From the NCBI GenBank assembly GCA_047602425.1, contig JASGHG010000001.1, positions 800,001 to 864,000 on the forward strand: 64,000 nucleotides of DNA, in the 5' to 3' direction. The notes below the pieces were generated by a model that was not told where the DNA came from, ran no database searches, and saw only the letters and a list, made by a program, of their open reading frames with translations. This document shows positions 40,702 through 50,451 of this stretch, piece after piece. The stretch comes from Nibricoccus sp. (GTDB taxonomy: Bacteria; Verrucomicrobiota; Verrucomicrobiia; Opitutales; Opitutaceae). How positions within the stretch are numbered: the stretch's first letter is position 1; each line of letters begins with the position of its first letter. The position numbers and the translations under genes are program-made.

Positions 40702-40778
40702 TTCCGACCTCTGGCATCCGACTTCCGGCCTCCGGCTTCTGGCTTCTGGCCTCCGGCTTCTGGCTTCTGGCTTCCGCC
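40702..40778. repeat. Heptamer tandem repeat (YTCYGGC)
   Basis: About 11 units such as TTCTGGC, CTCCGGC, TTCCGAC. Confidence 0.85.
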
Positions 40779-40811
40779 TCCGTCCACCCTCCTCAAAACT
40801 CCTCTGCGCCG

Positions 40812-40840
40812 TTGACAGCCCCCCGGGGGGTGCGTATCGC
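40812..40840 (+). promoter_or_regulatory. Possible sigma70 promoter of ppdK
   Basis: TTGACA-17 nt-TATCGC; weak -10. Confidence 0.4.
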
Positions 40841-40897
40841 GTTGTCCTTTGCGTCACTCAAATCCCCGTTCCTTTTTTAACCAACTAATCCATATCC

Positions 40898-43687
<2,790 letters not shown>

Positions 43688-43690
43688 AAG

Positions 43691-43716
43691 GTAGGGACGG
43701 CCCGCCGGGCCGTCCG
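43691..43716 (+). repeat. GTAG-type REP
   Basis: GTAG-GGACGGCCC-GCC-GGGCCGTCC hairpin; same class at 43887-43912 and inverted at 43943-43968. Confidence 0.85.
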
Positions 43717-43754
43717 ATCTTTCTCTTTATTCTTTCTCGTTCTCTTTCTCCCTC

Positions 43755-43786
43755 AGCCCCGCGCCTCAAAAGCGCGGGGCTTTTTT
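43755..43786 (+). terminator. ppdK terminator
   Basis: AGCCCCGCGC/GCGCGGGGCT stem plus T-run. Confidence 0.85.
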
Positions 43787-43850
43787 ATTCAATAGCTACT
43801 GTGGCGTTAGGTGGCGCGGCTTGACCTCAAGACGCGTTCCGAATCCCTCA

Positions 43851-44012
43851 TACCAAGTTGCATTCAAAGATATCGAAACGGTCGAGGTAGGGACGACCCG
43901 CCGGGTCGTCCGCCAACGTTGCCTGCGAATGGCCCGAGCGGACGGACGGCCCGGCGGTCCGTCCCTACCCATCGTATGCCGACAATATTTACACGTTGAT
44001 TGCAACTTGGTA
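43851..44012. mobile_element. MITE-like element carrying a REP doublet
   Basis: 17-bp TIRs TACCAAGTTGCA(T/A)TCAA with 1 mismatch; TCA flanks both sides. Confidence 0.75.
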
Positions 44013-44744
44013 TCACACCCTCCCCGTCCGCAGCGCCCTTGCCCATTCTGGAAAACCATTCGCTATGGCCAGCGCAGCCGCCTTCTCCCAATCGTAAGCC
44101 ACCGCCCGGAGCGCAGCCTGCCAGCTTTCTCCCGTTCGCTCCACCAGGGCGTAACGCGCGTGCGGACTGCCTGCTTCCATTTTGTGCAGAAACGGCAGTG
44201 CATCCGCATATGCAGGCAAACCCACGCTGCCGGCGTTCACGACCAGGGAACCGTCCGGGAGAGACAAAGTAGCCGCAACGTGCGTGTGGCCGCATAAAAC
44301 CAGCGCTGCACCATCGTCTTTCAAAATCTCCGCCACTTCCTGCGGACTTCGCAGCTCGACCACCGTCGGCGTCACTTTCTCCAAAAGATACTCCGTGTCG
44401 CTCCGTGGCGAACCATGACATGCCACTAACCATTCTTCCCGTGCCACCGCCGGCCAGCTGGCGGCAAAAGCCAGATCCTCCGCCGTGAGCTTCGTCCGCG
44501 CATAGAGCGCACTCTTGGTCGCTTTCTCCGGCCCGATACCCAGCACCATCCGCTCGCCGTTTCCGCGCACATGCACCGCCTCGATAGTTTTGAGCAGACG
44601 AACGACGCCCTGTGGATTGATCGGACCGTTGAACGCATCGCCGAGGTGAACGATGCGGTCCACGCCCGCACTGGCGATATCCTCCAGCACCGCCGCCAAA
44701 GCGAGGTCGTTACTGTGAATGTCAGCTATGACAGCGATCCGCAT
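44013..44744 (-). CDS. Calcineurin-like metallophosphoesterase
   Basis: ADIHSN, LGD, RGNGE, HGSP, CGHTH, NAGSVG. Confidence 0.92.
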   Translation of the reverse strand: MRIAVIADIHSNDLALAAVLEDIASAGVDRIVHLGDAFNGPINPQGVVRLLKTIEAVHVRGNGERMVLGIGPEKATKSALYARTKLTAEDLAFAASWPAVAREEWLVACHGSPRSDTEYLLEKVTPTVVELRSPQEVAEILKDDGAALVLCGHTHVAATLSLPDGSLVVNAGSVGLPAYADALPFLHKMEAGSPHARYALVERTGESWQAALRAVAYDWEKAAALAIANGFPEWARALRTGRV

Positions 44745-45019
44745 GGATTTTAAAAGCGCCCCAACCTACCTCTCACTACCATCCCCGCAAGGCCGATCTG
44801 AGTCCTCGGCGGATGCGGAGCATCCGCCCCACCCTCGATCTCCACTGACGTCCTTAGCGCCTTCGCGCCTTGGCGTGAGCCCAACTCCGACTCCACGTCC
44901 ACTTCAATCCCGGCGCTGACAGCGCAGCGTCCTCCCTGCAAGTCATGCCTTCCTGGAAGGCGACCCTGCGTCGGCATCAGGGTTTGACCGGTCTGAGGGT
45001 TCCGGCACTGTGAGCGATC

Positions 45020-45544
45020 ATGCAGGCTGCCGATGCAGTGTCTCAACCGTGTGTAATTCGCCTATGCACGGCAGATGAAATCCCGGAAATATGCGCCATC
45101 GTCAATGATGCCGCCATCGCCTACAAGGGCGTGATCCCGGAGGACCGCTGGCACGAACCTTACATGCCGCTCCGCGAACTCGAAAACGAGATCGCCGCCG
45201 GCGTCCGCTTTTTTGGTTACGCCGTGAACAACAGACTCGTCGGCGTCATGGGCATTCAGGACGTAAAAGACGTCACGCTCATCCGCCACGCTTACGTCCG
45301 CACCAGCGTTCGAAACCAAGGCATAGGCGGAAAACTGCTCGCCCACCTCGTCGCCCTCACGTCGCGCCCCGTCCTGATCGGCACCTGGGCCGCCGCCACG
45401 TGGGCGGTTCGTTTCTACGAGCGCCATGGTTTCCGCGTCGTCACCGAAACCGAGAAAAACCGCCTGCTGAAAATCTACTGGACGGTCCCCGACCGCCAGA
45501 TCGCCACGTCCGTGGTGCTCGCCGACGGAAAGTGGAAAAGCTAA
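45020..45544 (+). CDS. GNAT family acetyltransferase
   Basis: IRHAYV...NQGIGGKLL, AVRFYERHGF; start uncertain. Confidence 0.9.
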   Translation: MQAADAVSQPCVIRLCTADEIPEICAIVNDAAIAYKGVIPEDRWHEPYMPLRELENEIAAGVRFFGYAVNNRLVGVMGIQDVKDVTLIRHAYVRTSVRNQGIGGKLLAHLVALTSRPVLIGTWAAATWAVRFYERHGFRVVTETEKNRLLKIYWTVPDRQIATSVVLADGKWKS

Positions 45545-45727
45545 ACAAGGACCGACGCGGCCAGCCTCGATCAGACCGCCCCGCCCAGCCGCTTCGATTT
45601 CAAACTCTTGTTCTGCGAAGGAGTCTCCGCTCGCGAGTTCCAGCAAGCGATCCAAGAACAACTCGGCCTCGAACTAGTTCCCGGCCCCGCCCAACCCGTC
45701 GAAGTTTTTGTCGTCGAAAGAAAGTGA
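45545..45727 (+). pseudogene. C-terminal remnant of a TIGR03435/DUF3738-like gene
   Basis: LDQTAPPSRFDFKL...AIQEQLGLELVP...PVEVFVVERK*; no ATG. Confidence 0.65.
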
Positions 45728-45759
45728 AGGCTCGTCCTCAGCTTGAGGACATAAACAAC

Positions 45760-45791
45760 AAAAAAGCATCTTCAGATGAAGATGCTTTTTT
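45760..45791. terminator. Bidirectional terminator
   Basis: AAAAAAGCATCTTC-AGAT-GAAGATGCTTTTTT perfect inverted repeat. Confidence 0.85.
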
Positions 45792-45844
45792 CCGCTTAAC
45801 CCAACGCGTCCTACCGAACGTTCTCTCTCGGATTCAGTACAAAG

Positions 45845-46615
45845 TTAGCCTATCGCACCATATTGTCGGAGAATTTTCATGTATCGCTCTAGTTTCTCCG
45901 GATCCATAGTCGAATCGAGGGCAAGAGTGACATTTATCTGAGCGCGCGGAACCGAATGCGAAGATAAAGATTCGCGATTTGATGCAGCGCCAGTGCCCTC
46001 TGCATTGCTTCCAACACCTGAACCGTCGTCAGTTCGAACTGGGGTGTCTACTGGAGTGCTATCGTCTGTTCTACCCTCCTCCACTGCTGTTGCTTCAGAC
46101 GACTTAGCCAAATTGGAAATCGCAATTCCATCTCCACTTTCAGTCGCAACGCCCGCAAAAAGGGCCGACTGAACAAATATATCGACACACTTATCGACAA
46201 CATCTGGGTGTACCTTCAATTGAAGAGCTTGTTGGCGTATTTTGGCACGAGAGACTGTATCATTTTGGAAAGTCTCGAAAATCATTTTGAACACTGGCGG
46301 TTTCAGAAGCGCAGTCCTAATCAAGGGGGCTACTTCTCCGTCTGGCGTAGAATTTATGGCCCGTGCAGCGCCCGTTGCGTCGTACGCATCCGTTTCACCT
46401 GTGAGGAGATCATATTGCTTCAATGCCGATGCCCGAATTTTTCCCTCAGAGGTAGCACTATTGAACACCCCTTTGAGGACAACTGTGTCCGGTTGCGGTC
46501 CTGTGTGTGTTTTTGCTACGAGCTTCTTAGCGTATTCAACCGCCTGCTTGAGAGGGACGTTTGGAAAGCGCGTACCGCCTTTGCGCCCACCCCTGGGTAT
46601 CTTGGTTTCAGCCAT
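45845..46615 (-). CDS. Uncharacterised protein, predicted winged-helix-like N-terminal module, acidic linker and short C-terminal domain (DUF5343-like layout)
   Basis: RFPNVPL...SALKQYDLL...ALLKPPVF; low-complexity linker; QINVTLAL strand plus helix; starts 2 bp after TIR gene stop. Confidence 0.8.
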   Translation of the reverse strand: MAETKIPRGGRKGGTRFPNVPLKQAVEYAKKLVAKTHTGPQPDTVVLKGVFNSATSEGKIRASALKQYDLLTGETDAYDATGAARAINSTPDGEVAPLIRTALLKPPVFKMIFETFQNDTVSRAKIRQQALQLKVHPDVVDKCVDIFVQSALFAGVATESGDGIAISNLAKSSEATAVEEGRTDDSTPVDTPVRTDDGSGVGSNAEGTGAASNRESLSSHSVPRAQINVTLALDSTMDPEKLERYMKILRQYGAIG

Positions 46616-46617
46616 AT

Positions 46618-47544
46618 TTATTTGCGTTTTAAGGTTTCTACGAGTTCACGGAGGCCATCTTTATATGATTTACTGAAGTCGGCGTATTTCTTGTCCTTCA
46701 GCAGAGTCGGAATTTCACATTCACTTATCTTGAGCGGAAGCACCACGACGTTACGTCGTTCCACCTCCGAAATTAGTGCTCCACTGAGCTCTTTTTGTAC
46801 CCATGTGGATCCCACAGATGCTTCGCTCAAAGCAATAATGAAGTAGTCGCTTTGCGCGAGGCCCTGCCCGATTTTCTCCGTGATTGAATCGCCAACTAAA
46901 ATTCGCTGCTCATCGAGCCAGACCTCCACACCAACTGCTACCAGATCTGAAGCGAGTTGCCGGACAAAGGGTTTGTCTTTGGAGCTGTGCGAAAGGAAGG
47001 CTACGACTTTTTTTGCGTCCTTTTCGTGACGGGTCTCTTTTTGCTTGGCGGCAGCGTCGACCAAATCTTCGACGCCTATATGCGGATCAAGAGCCTTCAG
47101 TTCAAGAGCCCATTTTAATAGCGGTGCGATCGCATTCTCTACATAATTCTCAACGCCGATCATCGTTGCAGCTTTCCGCACCGCTATCGAATGATTGTCA
47201 CCGAGGCTTAAGAATTGCCGAGTATGAATGATTAGGGGCAATTTAAACAGCGACTCCTTAAGAACCGCCTCTTTTTGTTCACGCTCCCCTTTGTATGGGT
47301 AGGGAAGACGCAACGTGTAAGCATCGCCAATTTCTTCGATCAGCCGTAGCGTCAGGCAATTTTTGATGACTTTGCCCGCGGTTCTTGGATCGATATCGGC
47401 AAACTGCGTAATTTTTTTTAGGGACGCCTGCCCGATCCATGCAATAGCATCGAGAACAGCGAATATTGAATCAACTCCGACTGGTTCAAAACGTAAGCTA
47501 CATTCCCTCGACCCATTAGCCAGGCGTCTAATCTTAGTACTCAT
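46618..47544 (-). CDS. TIR-domain protein with N-terminal HTH-like region
   Basis: AFLSHSSKDK, VWLDE, GDSI...I..GL..SD, LS..SV.STWVQKEL (catalytic-position Glu), VLPL, YADF. Confidence 0.92.
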   Translation of the reverse strand: MSTKIRRLANGSRECSLRFEPVGVDSIFAVLDAIAWIGQASLKKITQFADIDPRTAGKVIKNCLTLRLIEEIGDAYTLRLPYPYKGEREQKEAVLKESLFKLPLIIHTRQFLSLGDNHSIAVRKAATMIGVENYVENAIAPLLKWALELKALDPHIGVEDLVDAAAKQKETRHEKDAKKVVAFLSHSSKDKPFVRQLASDLVAVGVEVWLDEQRILVGDSITEKIGQGLAQSDYFIIALSEASVGSTWVQKELSGALISEVERRNVVVLPLKISECEIPTLLKDKKYADFSKSYKDGLRELVETLKRK

Positions 47545-47731
47545 TGCTGGTGCATCTCATGAAAAGACCTAAACATTATTATGCAACTAATTTCAAATCG
47601 GCCAGATTACTACAATATATCTCGAAGCAAGCCAGCATGAGCCGAAGATCTTAAGTGTTGAGCCTTGATGCCCTGGCCCCGCCCAAAAAAGCCAGAGCGC
47701 ATTAGCTCCGGCTTGAGGTTTTTCACAAACC

Positions 47732-47759
47732 ACCGCGTTGAGGTCAACGCGGTCCACCT
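47732..47759 (-). repeat. REP of the RAYT-associated class
   Basis: ACCGCGTTG-AGGT-CAACGCGGT-CCACC hairpin with GTGG foot on minus strand. Confidence 0.8.
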
Positions 47760-48117
47760 CGATCAGGAATACCCGCTTAGCTCGTGCCGGCGGGTTGCGG
47801 AGTTTTGCCGGTGGCGGGAGTTTTGGCGGGGAGTTCGGCGACGTGGTCGATGATCACTCGCGCGCGGGTTCAGGCTTCGACCAGGCGTTTGCCGGCGATC
47901 AAACCGTCGAATTACACCACGAGGTCGTTGAGGGGAGGGACCGCGCGTTTACGACAGCGAAACAGAGGCCTTCGCCAAAGCAGATATAGGTGGCCGAGAC
48001 TGCGGCTGCTTGTCACCCGACTGAGGTTCGAACCGTGTAAAAACCCGCCCGGAGGCGTCTCGGGAGCAAAAGAGGTGGTGTGAAACCTGGAAAAATAGGT
48101 GCAATTGCAGGTCACTT

Positions 48118-48445
48118 GCGTGCAGAAGCGCGCCGCACCGTGTAAATCGGTGGCCGCAGCGTGTCAGCTGGCCGCCGGAGCGTGTCAATCGACTGCCGGA
48201 GCGTGCGAGTGCCCTGCCGATGCGTGTAAGTCGGTCGCCGGAGCGTGCGAGCTTTCCACCGGCGCGTGTAAGTTGGGCGCCGGAGCGTGCGAGTTGTCCG
48301 CCGACGCGTGTCAATCGACCGCCGCAGCGTGTAAGTGGGTCGCCGACGCATGTTAATTGCAAAACGGTTGAAGACAGCGCGCCGCCGCAGCGTGCAAATT
48401 GGTCGCCGGCACGTGTCAGTCGCTCCCCGCAGCGTGCGAGCGGTC
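48118..48445. repeat. Degenerate 21-bp tandem repeat (~15 units)
   Basis: Consensus GCGTGYNARNNNNNNRCCGNN; heptad periodicity in all translated frames. Confidence 0.9.
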
Positions 48446-48479
48446 CGTGTTGTGGTGTAAACCTGAGAGTCCGACCGAT

Positions 48480-48666
48480 CCAACGCGTTGAGCCGTTTCG
48501 ACAGGCTCAAGGTCCCGAGTTAGTCGAGGGGGTCAATGCGTTCCATCTATCGAGCTCCAGAGTGCTCCTTCCGACACTGTCCACTTCCGAGGTAGAGCGG
48601 CTTCACCGAAGACGCTTTTCTGAGCCCATCAGCCAAACCAACGCGTTGGGGTCAACGCGTTCACCT
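48480..48666. repeat. REP/BIME array downstream of RAYT
   Basis: CAACGCGTTG..CAACGCG hairpins with inverted partner; direct repeat of 49194-49341. Confidence 0.88.
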
Positions 48667-48711
48667 TTATGAATCCAATGATCTCTCCGACAAGCTGCGT
48701 CCTGCTTCGAG

Positions 48712-49176
48712 CTATTCGGCTTTGTTAGGGCTCCACCACCAAATCCAATCGTCCTCGGTTTGACACAAATCCTTCACGACTGGATTTCGCCGAATGTACC
48801 ACCACTTCTCATCGCCCTGTTTTTCACTGCGCAGGCGATGGTCGAAGAAATTTTCCTGCCATTTCACCTTCTGAAAGCGTGCTGTGCCGCGTTTCCAATT
48901 CCGCATCACCTGCGCCATCGGTTTGTCGGGAGCAAAGGAAAGCAGCGCATGGAGGTGATCCGGCATGAGCAAAACCAAGCTGCACCACCAGAGACCTGTA
49001 CCGTGATAACGTCGCACGGCATGCAGGAGATCCGGAGCCAAATGCGCATCGATCAGCGGCGTCGCCTGTTCCTTGGAGACTCTGATGCGTATGTGATACA
49101 AGGCGCCATCCTCGACCCAAGAAGGTACTTCATGACGCAATCTACCCGGGTATTTCGTTCGCTCCGAATCAGCCAT
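48712..49176 (-). mobile_element. REP-associated tyrosine transposase (RAYT, Y1 HUH family)
   Basis: MPDHLH (HUH), WQENFFDH, YIRRNPV catalytic Tyr; flanked by REP arrays. Confidence 0.92.
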
Positions 49177-49193
49177 AGGCAGGCAATGGCGAA

Positions 49194-49341
49194 CCAACGC
49201 GTTGAGGTCAACGCGTTCCATCTATCGAGCTCCAAAGTGCTCCGCCAGACACTGTCCACTTCCGAGGTGGAGCGGCTTCACCTGAAGACGCTTTCCGACC
49301 CATCAGCCAAACCAACGCGTTGGAGTCAACGCGTGCCACCT
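49194..49341. repeat. REP/BIME array upstream of RAYT
   Basis: Two CAACGCGTTG-N4-CAACGCG hairpins plus GGTGGAGCGGCTTCACC partner. Confidence 0.88.
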
Positions 49342-49538
49342 TGGTAGATCCGATGGCGCTGTTCCGATCCAAACGCGTTCAACCTTTCCGAAGGTTATTC
49401 AAGACGCGTTCCGGACCGGGCTTGGTTCGCTCCGGCAGGTTGCGGAGTTTTGGGTGTGGCGGGCGTTTTGGCGGGCATCTCGGCGACGCGGTCGATAACT
49501 ACGCGGGCGCGGTTGCTGTCCGCCGAAGGGGATTTATT

Positions 49539-50120
49539 TTAACCCGATCTTTTTCGGCGGCGGACTGTTCGCGGGACTTTTTTGCGGTTCAACTTTCCAT
49601 CGCAGATGACGACCGGGTGGAGTCGTTTCATTCGATCAATAAGATAACCCGGGAAACGGGAGGCGTCATACTGGCAAAGGGCCGTGAACTGCAAATAAAA
49701 GTGCGCGTCCAATTCCTCTTCATAGCTAACCATCTGGGCGAGCGCGGAAGGCAAATCAAGCGCCCAGGAGAGTTCACCCGCTGCCCTAAAACCGTTAAAC
49801 CCCGACGCCAGTGCTCCGTCGACTGCGCTACACAAATCGACAATCATTTTAGTCGGTTCGAAAACTCCATGGCGAAGGTAAGTCTCATGTTTAGTGACGA
49901 CGCTCAGGGCTCCCCGCTTTGTTGTCCCCTCCACGTCCACGCCAAACTCCTGGAGCTTCTGACAAATTTCAGCCGGCGAGCTTGCATCGGCGATATATAG
50001 ACATTGCTCGTTCCGCTCGAGACCGATGGCAATAAATGGAATGACGGTGGCAAGCTGCTCCTCTTTCGTTTGAAAAAAGAAAGCGGCATGATCTCCGCGT
50101 TTAATTTTTTTTACCGGCAT
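49539..50120 (-). CDS. Stand-alone MEDS domain protein
   Basis: GDHAAFFF...FI..GL...EQCLYI, G.RAAGE.SW, YEEEL, LCQYD...F, LHP. Confidence 0.88.
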   Translation of the reverse strand: MPVKKIKRGDHAAFFFQTKEEQLATVIPFIAIGLERNEQCLYIADASSPAEICQKLQEFGVDVEGTTKRGALSVVTKHETYLRHGVFEPTKMIVDLCSAVDGALASGFNGFRAAGELSWALDLPSALAQMVSYEEELDAHFYLQFTALCQYDASRFPGYLIDRMKRLHPVVICDGKLNRKKVPRTVRRRKRSG

Positions 50121-50259
50121 AGGTCAAAAAAAGTTTTCCTATCGGTTTCGTTGTCAGTTCCGGGCCCTTTGAATGGACCTCGATGTGAAGGCGTGAAACC
50201 AGGCTCAACCTTTGCGCTTCCTGGCAGCCTTCGTGTTCAAACCCATTTCGAGATGAATT

Positions 50260-50339
50260 TTTTTCACGCGAAGCTCGCGAAGGATGTGAAGGATTGACGG
50301 CTGTGATCGAAAGGTAGGGCGACCCGTCCATGGGGAGCC
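50260..50339. repeat. ~80-bp imperfect direct repeat, copy A
   Basis: Aligns with 52380-52459 (ACGCGAAG.TCGCGAAGGAT...TGACGGC..TGATCGAA.GGT.GGGCGAC). Confidence 0.8.
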
Positions 50340-50451
50340 TCGTTTGGTTCGGCGCGGCAAGCCTTTCGACGAATTCGGAGCCCCGAGCCCGGTTTGCCAA
50401 GGACGCCTCGCCCCGCCCTCGCGTCTTTGGGGTGAGATTCTCCGCGAACCC

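Noticed and set aside
44750..45046. RNPQTG (HU/IHF-like) hexapeptide in a minus-strand ORF
   Set aside because: No other HU features; likely chance
45845..47544. Calling the TIR operon Thoeris, CBASS or SPARTA
   Set aside because: No SIR2/SLOG/Macro, cyclase or Argonaute motifs recognisable in the partner or neighbours
48040..48115. SAM-riboswitch-like or attenuator-like text (GAGGTGG...TGAAACC...GGTGC)
   Set aside because: Core helices and conserved motifs are incomplete, and no fitting downstream gene
48118..48445. Possible CRISPR or mini-array
   Set aside because: 21-bp degenerate tandem units with no repeat-spacer structure
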